Positions 16,565 through 25,033 of a stretch of 43,343 nt of DNA are shown piece after piece (the first letter of the stretch is position 1; every line of letters begins with the position of its first letter). This stretch comes from an uncultured Chthoniobacterales bacterium. GTDB taxonomy: Bacteria > Verrucomicrobiota > Verrucomicrobiia > Chthoniobacterales > JAFAMB01. A program made the translations under genes and the position numbers. The stretch covers positions 1 through 43,343 of the forward strand of contig CAXUNV010000002.1 of the NCBI GenBank assembly GCA_964252355.1, read 5' to 3'. The notes under the pieces are model-generated. The model was given only the letters and a program-made list of their open reading frames with translations, was not told the DNA's origin and ran no database searches.

Positions 16565-18970
16565 TCACGCGTGCCGCAGGGCTTTTAGTGGGTCGACGGT
16601 CATCGCGCGACGCGCTGGGCCGAGTGAGGCGAGGGCGGCGACGGCCAGGAGCAGGCAGGGCGCGATGAGCAATGTGCCGAGAGGCGGGGCAGCGGTCTCG
16701 GTGAAGATGCCTCCCAAGAGCTGAATGGCCCCGCCGCCGAGAAGTAGTCCGGCCAAGCAACCGATGGCCGCGAGCGCGACGCCGTGCGCCACGATGAGGC
16801 GGAGGATGCCGACCGGATCGGCGCCAAGAATGAGCCGGAGCCCGATCTCGCGGGTCCTGCCAGCGGTCACGTAAGAAAGCGTGGCGTAGACGCCGCACGC
16901 CGCCAAGCCGACCGCCGCGACGGCAAAAATGCCAACGAGCCCGGTGAGTAGCCGCCGCGTGGAAAGGAGGCCGGAGAGCAACTCGTCCATCGTGCGCAGG
17001 TCCACGACGAAACCCTTCGGGCCGGCCTCCTCGATCGCCCGTCGCATGGCCTCTTTCATCGCGTCAGGGTCGTTCTCGCAACGGACGCAGAGCTGGCGGT
17101 AAAGAGCGGCATTTTGAGCGTAGGCGAAATAGACCTGCGGAAGCGCCGCCGGGTCTTCGCCTAACCCGGCGCGATGGACGTCGCCGACGACGCCAACCAC
17201 CCGGTAACCGGACGGTTCGGAACCCGGGCCAAAACCGAACACGCGTTTCCCGATTGGGTCAACGTAAGGAAAGTAGCGTGCGGCGAACGTTCGATCGATG
17301 ATGACGACCGGATCGCTCCCCTGCCGATCGTCCACGGAGATTTCTCGTCCCTGCAGGAGGGCAATCCCCATGGTGTGAAAATAACCGGGCGAAACCGCTT
17401 CATACCGGGCGTATTCTTCTTCCCCACTGGCCGGGCCCGGCGTGAGCGAAACGCGCACCTTGATCGTTTCGCCAGCGAACGGCACGCCTGAGCTGACCGC
17501 AACGGATCGGACCCCGGGTAGGCGCGCCAAGCGCCCTTGCAACTCGTCGAAGTAGGCGTTTTGCGAAGCCTGCGTGCCCGGGTCCCAAAACGGGATTCCA
17601 ACGGACGCCATGACGAGGGGGCGCGGGTCGAGTCCCAGATCCTTCGAGCTCAGGGCCAAGACGTTCCGGAGCGCCGTGCCGGCGCTGGCGAGCAACGCCG
17701 TGGCCAGGGCAAGCTGCGCGACAACCAAGACCTCCCGCAAACGCCGGGTCCCCATGCCGGGCGCGGGGTTTTGCCGTTCTCCTTTCAGCGCGGTGTAAAG
17801 GTCGATCCGGGCGGCACGCCACGCAGGGACCAAACCGAACAGGAAGGCGACCGCGCAAGAAAGGATAACCAAAAATCCGAACGCCGTGCCGTCCAATCCA
17901 GCCGATTGCAGCCTCGAGGCATCGTTCGGCAGCACCGCACGCATGCCACGAAGCACGACGGTGCAGAGCGGAATCCCGGCGACCGCGCCAAGGGCGGTGA
18001 GGAAGAGGCTCTGTGTGACGACAGACCGGAAGGTGTCGACCGGCGATGCGCCCAAGGTGCCAAGCACCGCGATCCGGTGTTCCTGGCTGGCCGTGTGCGC
18101 GAGCAGCAGGCTGGAGGTGTTTAGGCAGGTAATCAACAGCAGGCAAACGGCTGCGGCGGCGATCGTCCAAAGCACCGTCGCGTAACCTCCGATGACCGTC
18201 TGCAGCACCCCTTGAAGTTCAACCCTCGACAAGGAACGCTCCGTGTCGAGCTCCGCCTTCATCGGGAGCGCTAAAGCGCCGAGCTCCGCTTGAGCCTCGG
18301 CGGGCGTGACGCCTGGTTTTAGCCGTCCCACGCACTGGAAATCGTGCGCTCCGTTGGATCGAACGACGTTCCAGATCTCGTCTGGCATGCCCTGCAGCGG
18401 AGCGTACCAGTCAAGGTGGGCGGGGTCGTCCAGTTCCTTGGGGGCGACCCCGATCACCTCACGCGACCTGCCGTTGAGAACGACGCGCCGGCTTACCAGC
18501 GACGGGTCCGCGCCGAAGCGCGACCGCCAAGCGCGTTCATTGATCACCACGACATCGGTTCCCGAACGGTTGTCCCGTTCGTCGAAGAACCGTCCCAGCA
18601 ACGGTCTCAACCCCATCACGTCGAAGTAGCTGGCGGAGGCGTAACCACCGGTGAAACGCGTGCTACGATTGTCTTGGAGCAGAATGAACTCGTCGGTGAG
18701 CACCGTGGCCAACTCGTCAAAACTCCGTTGTTGACTGTGCCAGCGTTCGTAGGTGCGGTACGGCACGCGCCGGATCTTCGTGTTCTGGAGGCATTCGACC
18801 GCGTAATAAAGCCGGTCCCAACCGGGGTAGGGGAGCGGCTGGAGGAGCGCCGATCGAACCAAGCAGTAAACGGCGGTGTTGGTTCCCGTGCTGAGGGCGG
18901 TGAGAAACACCGTGAAAAACGCGAACGCGGGGGCGACCCGGAACACGCGGAAAAATCGCCCGAGGTTCAC
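16565..18970 (-). CDS. ABC transporter permease, MacB/FtsX-like, divergent third paralogue
   Basis: 801 aa. The GTG start overlaps the ATPase stop (GTGA at 18967-18970). It has the same two-FtsX architecture and a C-terminal ..RRAMTVDPLKALRHA, but the N-terminal signature is degenerate (FRVFRVAPAFAFFTVFLTALSTGTNTAVYCLVRSALLQPLPYP). Confidence 0.8.
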   Translation of the reverse strand: MNLGRFFRVFRVAPAFAFFTVFLTALSTGTNTAVYCLVRSALLQPLPYPGWDRLYYAVECLQNTKIRRVPYRTYERWHSQQRSFDELATVLTDEFILLQDNRSTRFTGGYASASYFDVMGLRPLLGRFFDERDNRSGTDVVVINERAWRSRFGADPSLVSRRVVLNGRSREVIGVAPKELDDPAHLDWYAPLQGMPDEIWNVVRSNGAHDFQCVGRLKPGVTPAEAQAELGALALPMKAELDTERSLSRVELQGVLQTVIGGYATVLWTIAAAAVCLLLITCLNTSSLLLAHTASQEHRIAVLGTLGASPVDTFRSVVTQSLFLTALGAVAGIPLCTVVLRGMRAVLPNDASRLQSAGLDGTAFGFLVILSCAVAFLFGLVPAWRAARIDLYTALKGERQNPAPGMGTRRLREVLVVAQLALATALLASAGTALRNVLALSSKDLGLDPRPLVMASVGIPFWDPGTQASQNAYFDELQGRLARLPGVRSVAVSSGVPFAGETIKVRVSLTPGPASGEEEYARYEAVSPGYFHTMGIALLQGREISVDDRQGSDPVVIIDRTFAARYFPYVDPIGKRVFGFGPGSEPSGYRVVGVVGDVHRAGLGEDPAALPQVYFAYAQNAALYRQLCVRCENDPDAMKEAMRRAIEEAGPKGFVVDLRTMDELLSGLLSTRRLLTGLVGIFAVAAVGLAACGVYATLSYVTAGRTREIGLRLILGADPVGILRLIVAHGVALAAIGCLAGLLLGGGAIQLLGGIFTETAAPPLGTLLIAPCLLLAVAALASLGPARRAMTVDPLKALRHA

Positions 18971-19806
18971 CCCGCCCCTCCTTGCTCAATCCGTGCGATT
19001 GGGATCGTCCCGCTGAGGACGGCGTCCTTACTCGGACCAATCCCGGGTTCGGTCGAAGGTGCACGCGCCTCGGTCGCCGCCTCCTTCACAATCTGACCGT
19101 CGAAGAGGTGGACCGTGCGGTCGGCGCAACCGGCAAACCGCTCGTCGTGGGTGACCATGAGGATGGTCGCGCCGCTGCGGTGGAGGTCGCCGAGCAATCC
19201 CATCACCGCCTCGCCGTTGCGGCTGTCGAGGTTGCCCGTCGGCTCGTCCGCCAGCAGGACGGCCGGGGAGCCGACGAGGGCGCGCGCGACCGCGACCCGT
19301 TGCTGCTGTCCGCCGCTGAGCTGACTCGGGAAGTGTCGTTGGCGGTGGTTCAGCCCGACGCGGTCCAGGGAGGCCAAGACGCGTTCCTTGCGCACCCCTC
19401 GAGACAGGTCGCGCCGGTAGGTGAGCGGGAGTTCCACGTTCTCGTAGACGGTGAGGTCGCCGATCAAGTTGAAGCTTTGGAAAATGAAGCCGATCTGCCG
19501 ATTCCGGATCCGGCTCCGTTCCCTAAGGTTCAAGGCGTCGACCCGTTGGCCTTGCAGGAGGTAGGTGCCCCCGCTCGGCCGGTCCAACAAGCCCAGGATG
19601 GAGAGGAGCGTCGACTTGCCGCAGCCGCTCGGGCCGGCGATCGCCACGTATTCGCCGGCGAAGACCTCGAGGTGAATCCCTTGCAGCGCGTGCGTTTCGA
19701 CCTCGTCGGTCAAGAAAACTTTGGAGACGTCGACGAGCTCGATCAGCTTGCGCGGCGCGTCCGGGGCCGGCCCGGGCGGCGGGGGCGTGCTTTCGGGAAA
19801 ATTCAT
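18967..19806 (-). CDS. ABC transporter ATP-binding protein (MacB/LolD type)
   Basis: Walker A GPSGCGKST, Q-loop FIFQSF, signature LSGGQQQRVAVARAL, Walker B LLADEPTGNLD, H-loop MVTHD. The ATG overlaps the adaptor stop (ATGA at 19803-19806). Confidence 0.9.
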   Translation of the reverse strand: MNFPESTPPPPGPAPDAPRKLIELVDVSKVFLTDEVETHALQGIHLEVFAGEYVAIAGPSGCGKSTLLSILGLLDRPSGGTYLLQGQRVDALNLRERSRIRNRQIGFIFQSFNLIGDLTVYENVELPLTYRRDLSRGVRKERVLASLDRVGLNHRQRHFPSQLSGGQQQRVAVARALVGSPAVLLADEPTGNLDSRNGEAVMGLLGDLHRSGATILMVTHDERFAGCADRTVHLFDGQIVKEAATEARAPSTEPGIGPSKDAVLSGTIPIARIEQGGAG

Positions 19807-21110
19807 TGGAGCCGGACGGTGGCGTGGGTGGCGAACGCGGCGGCGTCGGAAAGGATGACGCGGTCCCCGGTCTGGAGTCCATCCTCGATGACTACCCGCG
19901 TGGCCGAACCGCGCCCGAGCTTGACCGGGACCGCGGAGGCGGTGTCGCCGACGACGCGATAGAGGCGGACGACCGAGTCGTCTTGGGCGAACGCGGGACG
20001 GCCCACGGAAAGCACATCTTCCAAACGCTCGCGCTCGACCGAACCCTCGACCGTGAGTTCGGGCCGGCCGCCCGGCAAGGGCGCGCCGGGCGGGAAGGTG
20101 ACGTCGACGGTCACCGTCCCGGCGTTCACGGCCGAGTCGACCCGTGACACCTTTCCGGTGATGGTCACGGAGTTGCGGAGGTCGATCCGGGCAACCTGGC
20201 CCAGGGCAACGTCGCGGGCCTGGACCTCAGGGATTTTCAGTTGCGCCTTGAGTTTGGCCGCGTCCGCGACGCGGGCCAGGTTCGCGCCGGGCGCGACCCG
20301 TTGGCCGACGTCGACCGCGATGGCCTGGAGCACGCCGTCCATGCCGGCGCGGACCTGCAAGGCGTCGAGCTGCCCGTGCCGCAGCGCGGCCAACGTCTGC
20401 GCCCGCGCGACGCCCGCCCGCGCTTCGGCCAAGCGTGAGGGTTGGGAACCGCGCGTGGTCTCGAGGCGCTTCGCCTGGATCTCGCAGAGCTTGGCATCGC
20501 CTTCGGCGGCGATCCGGGCTTTTTCCAAGTCCAACGCGGCGATTAGGCCGCCCCGGGCCAGGCGCTGGTCGGCCTTCCATTCGGCCAAGGCGGTGTCGCG
20601 CTGCGCTTCCGCCTGGGCGAGGAGGGCGACCCCGTCCTGTTCTTCGTTCCGAAGCTGGGCCTCCAGCGAAACGGCTTTGGCCTTCGCGCTTTCCAGGTCG
20701 GCGTCGGCCTCGGCGGCTTGTTCGACGAGTTCCTCGTTGCTGAGCTGCAGGATGACCGTGTCGGCCGTCACCGCCGCACCCGGCCAAACTAGGATCCGGT
20801 CGACGCGCCCCTCGGTCCGTGCCGGCAACCAACGGATCTCTTCCGGGGTGAGCGTGCCAAGGCCCTGGACGTCGCGCACGAGGGGGCCGCGGGTGACGGT
20901 GTCGGTCCAAATGCTCTGGCGATCGACCGTCGGGAGGGCCGCCGGCAGGTGAACGACGTACCAACAGAGTAGGCTGAGGCCGAAGGTTAAGGGCAGACCG
21001 AGGGCGAGTCGGCGTTTCCACCGATGCCGGCGCACACCGGTGCGCGGCACGTCCGTCCGGGGTGGAGGTGCGGAAACGAATCGGTGATCGAGGTCGGGGG
21101 CGGATGACAT
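19803..21110 (-). CDS. HlyD/MacA-family periplasmic adaptor (membrane fusion) protein
   Basis: It has an N-terminal TM segment (LALGLPLTFGLSLLCWYVV), a coiled-coil region (AEADADLESAKAKAVSLEAQL...), and lipoyl/beta-barrel segments (VRAGMDGVLQAIAVDVGQRVAPGANLARV). ATG 21110 (MSSAPDL) is preferred because the TTG at 21155 overlaps the candidate sigma-54 box. Confidence 0.8.
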   Translation of the reverse strand: MSSAPDLDHRFVSAPPPRTDVPRTGVRRHRWKRRLALGLPLTFGLSLLCWYVVHLPAALPTVDRQSIWTDTVTRGPLVRDVQGLGTLTPEEIRWLPARTEGRVDRILVWPGAAVTADTVILQLSNEELVEQAAEADADLESAKAKAVSLEAQLRNEEQDGVALLAQAEAQRDTALAEWKADQRLARGGLIAALDLEKARIAAEGDAKLCEIQAKRLETTRGSQPSRLAEARAGVARAQTLAALRHGQLDALQVRAGMDGVLQAIAVDVGQRVAPGANLARVADAAKLKAQLKIPEVQARDVALGQVARIDLRNSVTITGKVSRVDSAVNAGTVTVDVTFPPGAPLPGGRPELTVEGSVERERLEDVLSVGRPAFAQDDSVVRLYRVVGDTASAVPVKLGRGSATRVVIEDGLQTGDRVILSDAAAFATHATVRLQ

Positions 21111-21139
21111 GATGGAAGCAAGCTGCGTCAGGGTAGGAG

Positions 21140-21154
21140 GCAGGAGTTGTGCCA
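21140..21154 (-). promoter_or_regulatory. candidate sigma-54 (-24/-12) promoter for the adaptor-ATPase-permease operon
   Basis: The minus strand reads cTTGGCACaactcCTGCc, that is TGGCAC-N5-CTGC. GG and GC sit at the canonical spacing, and the box lies about 30 nt upstream of ATG 21110. A sigma-54-dependent EBP gene sits directly upstream. Confidence 0.45.
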
Positions 21155-21271
21155 AGGTTCAAAGTAGGCGGTTTCTCCTCGTGGGGAGCTGAGCCAGGAA
21201 CGGGTGTGGTGTTTCAGGTTGAGAAGGCGCGTTGCAATTTGAGACGCCAGCGTCGTGAAGCGGCAGGACGA

Positions 21272-21299
21272 AGGCCAAATGGCAAAGGCCAAAACGGAG
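21272..21299 (+). repeat. heptanucleotide tandem repeat, site D
   Basis: AGGCCAA ATGGCAA AGGCCAA AACGGAG. It has the same 7-nt phase and the same CAAAACGGRG end as sites A and C. Confidence 0.6.
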
Positions 21300-21319
21300 A
21301 AAGCCGGACACCGTGCCTG

Positions 21320-21545
21320 CGGTGGGGCGAAGACCCAACCCGCAGCTGGAGCCGCCGTCGCCGGAGAGGCTTGCGGGTTGGTCTGAGCCGGCCGGGATCA
21401 CCCTGGCGGCGGGCTCCCCCTCCGTTTCCACCGGCTCAAACTGCCCTGGGACGCCGTCAGGGTCACTCAAGCCCGGCTCAGACCAGTCGGCGGCCGTCTA
21501 CCCCGAAAGCCGCCCGGCTTTGCCACCTGGGTCTTCGCCCCACCG
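21320..21545. repeat. nested inverted-repeat element (18-bp terminal inverted repeats enclosing three hairpins)
   Basis: cggtggggcgaagaccca (21320-21337) is the perfect reverse complement of tgggtcttcgccccaccg (21528-21545). Inside it are aacccgca/tgcgggtt (21337-21344 / 21372-21379), ggtctgagccgg/ccggctcagacc (21380-21391 / 21473-21484) and aaagcc-gccc-ggcttt (21506-21521). Confidence 0.7.
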
Positions 21546-21570
21546 GGTCGCTCGCGAGGTCGCGCTCGCG

Positions 21571-21605
21571 GCCATCTGCCATTTGCCATCTGCGATTTGT
21601 CATGC
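21571..21605 (-). repeat. heptanucleotide tandem repeat, site B (inverted relative to site D)
   Basis: The plus strand reads GCCATCT GCCATTT GCCATCT GCGATTT GTCATGC. The minus strand reads ATCGCAG ATGGCAA ATGGCAG ATGGCCG. It starts about 48 nt after the histidine-kinase stop, on that gene's coding strand. Confidence 0.7.
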
Positions 21606-21645
21606 GCGGAGCGCCCGGCCCCACCACAAGCAAGACGGCTGCTCC

Positions 21646-23016
21646 TCAGGTCGGGTAACCCGCGGCATCGATCGGCAAACGCAGGGTGGCGACGCAGCCC
21701 GAAGTTCCGTCCGTGCGATTTTGGAGGGTCAGCGTGCCCCCGTGCGTTTCGGCGATTTGCCGGCTCAACGCGAGGCCGATCCCGCTGCCGTCTGCCTTGG
21801 TGGTGAAAAACGGCACGAAGAGGTTGGCGGAGCCGGCGATGCCCGGCCCCGAATCAATCACGGCGATCTCGACGGCGTCAACCATCGCGCGCCAGCGAAG
21901 CGTCACCTCGCCTCCAGTCTCGAGTGCGGCATCCGCCGCGTTCCTCACTAAATTGATGAGGGCTTGTTCGAGCTGCGCGCGATCGGCGGAGAGTGCCAAC
22001 GGCGGGCCGGGGTCGACCTTGACCGGCAGCCGAGGCTCGAGCACCGCGACGTGCTGAATCAAGTCGCCGATCTCCAAGGGCCGAAGGACTAGGGAGGGGA
22101 GCCGCGCCAAACGCGCGTAGCCCGCCATAAACCGGTTGAGCGCGGCGGCCCGGTCCCGGATCACCCGTAACCCGGCGCCAAGGTCGGTGGGGTGACCTGC
22201 GTCCGTCGCCATGCCCTCCAGGCTTTCGGCAATGGACTCGATTGGGCCGAGCGAATTGTTCAACTCGTGGCCAAGGACCCGAATGAGGCGTTGCCAAGCG
22301 ATCCGCTCTTCCTGACGCAACGCGCTGCTCACGTCGTGCAGGACCAACAAGCGGTGGGGTCGGCCCCCGGACCGGAATTGGCTCCGTTTAAGATCCCAAC
22401 GCCGGCCCGCACGCCCTGGGAATGATCGCTCCAACACCCGTGCAGCAGGCCCGCCGAGGCAGTCGTCCAACCCCAAAGTCTTGGCGCTTCTCCCGAGGAG
22501 GTCGGCCGGCCTTCCGGCGAGCAGGTCCGCACCGGCCGGGTTGACGAGGCTCAACCGGTCCGCGTCGTCAAACGTGAAGAGCGCGGTTTCGACCGAATCC
22601 ATCACGGCCTCTAAGAGCACGCTGACCCCCGTCTCCTGGCGACGGGCGTTCAGAAGTTGGTCGCCCAAGGAGTTGAGTTCCCGCATCAGGTCGCCGGCCA
22701 TTCCCCGGCTACGCGCCCCGCGCGCCCGCAAAGAATAGTCGCCTTCCCGGAAAGCCGCTAAGATGTTGGTCAGCGTCTGCAACGGGAACGCCAGTCTCCG
22801 CCGGAGAGCCCAAGCACCGCCCAACCAGCTTGCGCCCACGGCACCGGCCAACGCACCCCGGATGAGCCACGGCCAATCGGTTGCGGCGAGCAGGACGACG
22901 GTGGCGCCAACCGCCGGAAAACCGGTGATGAGGACGAAGCGTTGGATCGACCTCTCGAAGTTGGGCAGCGAAACCGCGCCACCAGCGCTTCTCTCACTTT
23001 CCCGCATCGACCCCAT
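21646..23016 (-). CDS. sensor histidine kinase (TM-HAMP-PAS-HisKA-HATPase)
   Basis: H-box RVLGHELNNSLGPI, N-box LINLVRNAADA, G1 VIDSGPGI, G2 GSGIGLALSRQIAETHGG, plus N-terminal hydrophobic helices. ATG 23016 overlaps the regulator gene by 23 nt; an alternative ATG is at 23007. Confidence 0.85.
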   Translation of the reverse strand: MGSMRESERSAGGAVSLPNFERSIQRFVLITGFPAVGATVVLLAATDWPWLIRGALAGAVGASWLGGAWALRRRLAFPLQTLTNILAAFREGDYSLRARGARSRGMAGDLMRELNSLGDQLLNARRQETGVSVLLEAVMDSVETALFTFDDADRLSLVNPAGADLLAGRPADLLGRSAKTLGLDDCLGGPAARVLERSFPGRAGRRWDLKRSQFRSGGRPHRLLVLHDVSSALRQEERIAWQRLIRVLGHELNNSLGPIESIAESLEGMATDAGHPTDLGAGLRVIRDRAAALNRFMAGYARLARLPSLVLRPLEIGDLIQHVAVLEPRLPVKVDPGPPLALSADRAQLEQALINLVRNAADAALETGGEVTLRWRAMVDAVEIAVIDSGPGIAGSANLFVPFFTTKADGSGIGLALSRQIAETHGGTLTLQNRTDGTSGCVATLRLPIDAAGYPT

Positions 23017-24394
23017 ATTGTTGCAGGCGACGGTAAAAGGTGCTCCGGCTTAGCCCCAGCGCTTCGGCGGCCCGGGTGGCGTTCCCGCCATACCGGGCGA
23101 GGGCCTTTTCGATGAGGACCCGTTCGATCTGCTCCAAGGTGAGGTTCTCCAACGGAGGGGGGTCGGTGCCGAGGTCGTTGCTGCCCAGGCCGAGGTCGGC
23201 TGCCCGGATGCGGCGGGCATCGGTCATGAGCACCGCCCGTTCCACCGCGTGGTCCAACTCCCGGACGTTCCCTGGCCACGGATGCCGTTCCAGCGCCCTT
23301 TCCGCAGCGGGTTCAAACCCAGTGACCGCCTTGCGGTAGCGCCGCGCGTGCCTCTCGAGGAAAAAGCGGGCCAACTCGGGAAGGTCTTCGGTCCGTTCCC
23401 GCAACGCCGGCAACCGGATCTCGACGGTGTTCAACCGGAAGTAGAGGTCTCGCCGGAACCTGCCCGCCGCGACTTCGGCTGGCAGGTCGGCGTTGGTGGC
23501 CGCGAGCAGGCGCACGTCGGCGCGCCGAGTTTTGGAAGATCCCAATCTTTCGAACTCGCCAGTCTCGACGGTCCGCAAGAGTTGAGCTTGCTGCGGTATG
23601 GGCAGATTGCCGATTTCGTCCAAGAAGAGGGTGCCGCCCTCCGCAATCTCAAAACGTCCAGCACGATCCGTTTTGGCGTCGGTGAACGCGCCCTTCACAT
23701 GCCCGAAGAGCTCGCTTTGGAACAGGTTTTCGTTCAGGCCGCCGATGTTCACGGTCACAAAAGGTGAGGCCGCCCGGTCGCTCCCCCGGTGAATCAGGCG
23801 GGCAATCAGGCCTTTGCCCGTGCCGTTTTCACCCGTGATCAAGACGCTGGCTTGAGACGGCGCGATCCGCTTGACCGTTTCGAGGACGGCGCGCATCGGT
23901 GCAGAACGGTCGACGACGGCTCCGTCCGACGCTTCCGGTGCGGCTCCGTCCCGGAGCAGGCGGTTTTCCGATTCGAGTCGTCCGTTGCGCCGTTCACTTT
24001 GCAGGAACTGGACCTGGGATCGGACGATCGCGAGCACGCGCGCGTTCTCCCAGGGTTTCTGGAAAAAGTCGCGGGCGCCAAGGCGCATGGCTTCGACCGC
24101 AAGGTCGACCGTGGCCCAAGCCGTCATCACGACAACCGCAGGCGCCCCCTCGAGGCGAGCAAGTTCAGCGATCAGGTCTAGACCTTCGCGCCCACTGGTC
24201 GTGTCCCGGGAGTAGTTGAGGTCCAACAAAACCAAGTCTGGATCGGCCTCCCGGACGGCGCGCAAAGTTCCCTCGGGCGATGTGGCAAAGTGCACTTCGT
24301 ACCCTTCCCGGACCAAGAGGATGCGCAAAGCCTCGCGAACGGCTATTTGGTCGTCGGCGACGAGAATGCGCGGCGGTGCGGGCAGCGGTGACAT
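22994..24394 (-). CDS. sigma-54-dependent response regulator (NtrC family: REC - AAA+ - Fis HTH)
   Basis: REC domain (ILVADDQ..DLVLLDLNY..VVVMTAW), Walker A ITGENGTGKG, the sigma-54 contact loop GAFTDA (a GAFTGA variant), Walker B TLFLDEIG, and the C-terminal HTH GNATRAAEALGLSRSTFYRRLQ. Confidence 0.9.
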   Translation of the reverse strand: MSPLPAPPRILVADDQIAVREALRILLVREGYEVHFATSPEGTLRAVREADPDLVLLDLNYSRDTTSGREGLDLIAELARLEGAPAVVVMTAWATVDLAVEAMRLGARDFFQKPWENARVLAIVRSQVQFLQSERRNGRLESENRLLRDGAAPEASDGAVVDRSAPMRAVLETVKRIAPSQASVLITGENGTGKGLIARLIHRGSDRAASPFVTVNIGGLNENLFQSELFGHVKGAFTDAKTDRAGRFEIAEGGTLFLDEIGNLPIPQQAQLLRTVETGEFERLGSSKTRRADVRLLAATNADLPAEVAAGRFRRDLYFRLNTVEIRLPALRERTEDLPELARFFLERHARRYRKAVTGFEPAAERALERHPWPGNVRELDHAVERAVLMTDARRIRAADLGLGSNDLGTDPPPLENLTLEQIERVLIEKALARYGGNATRAAEALGLSRSTFYRRLQQYGVDAGK

Positions 24395-24726
24395 GAAGGG
24401 CGGCAGGATTCGCGATCAGGCGAGCGGTCCGGTCGCCTAAAGGTTGAAGTGTATCTTTTGACAAAGCAATCGGGACGCACCGTGCTTTCAGCGCGGCCAT
24501 GATTGCCCGGTCGAAACGTTTGCCACGAGCAGTTGCAAGTAACGCTGCCGTCTCTGCCGATATCGGTAGCGCTGCCTATGCCTGAGGACGTCGACTCACC
24601 CTAAAAGCCGAGTGGGGCAAAGGCGATTGGTGAGATGTGCCCGGGAGGGCCGGTGCTCCACCCCCGAGGGCGGTGTCCCGCAGGCAGCTCGCCCCACCGC
24701 TCCCGCTTGGCGGCGCCCTGCCCGCA

Positions 24727-25008
24727 GCGCTACGCTGCGCCGGCGGGAAGCGGCCCTTCCCCCGAAGGCCCGCGCAGCGTTGCGGGCGGGTCTCGTAAAA
24801 CTCGCCTTGCCCTACCATGCCTCGCCCCACCATCGTTCGGCGAAGGCCGCCCCAAGACGCTCGTGACGGGCGGCAGGGGAGCGCGGGCGTCCCGCCCGTC
24901 CCGGCTCAAACCAACCGGCAGCCGTTGGTCAAAATGGCAACTCCCTCCTGCCGGTTGGTTTTCGCCCCACTGCAGGCACAAAGCGGGCTTGCGCCTTGCG
25001 CTACCAAG
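24727..25008 (+). repeat. interspersed repeat, copy 3
   Basis: The core 24790-24904 is near-identical to 9579-9693. It also has the shared upstream gcgctacgctg (24727-24737), a tail with the perfect 13-bp hairpin aaccaaccggcag/ctgccggttggtt (24909-24921 / 24948-24960), and a degenerate second box gcgccttgcgctaccaagc (24991-25009). Confidence 0.8.
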
Positions 25009-25033
25009 CTGCCGGTGAGTCCAGCGCGTCCAA

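Noticed and set aside
21111-21155. 15-codon N-terminal extension of the adaptor gene, using the TTG start at 21155 as in the ORF track.
   Set aside because: The TTG sits directly against the candidate -24 element (box 21140-21154), so the extension overlaps the whole candidate -24/-12 box. ATG 21110 (MSSAPDL) gives a normal N-terminus ahead of the TM segment.
21229-21247. A second sigma-54-like box on the minus strand: TGGCGT-ctcaaa-TTGCA.
   Set aside because: The spacer is 6 nt rather than 5, so GG and GC are one position out of register. Sigma-54 promoters tolerate this spacing change poorly. The box at 21140-21154 has exact spacing.
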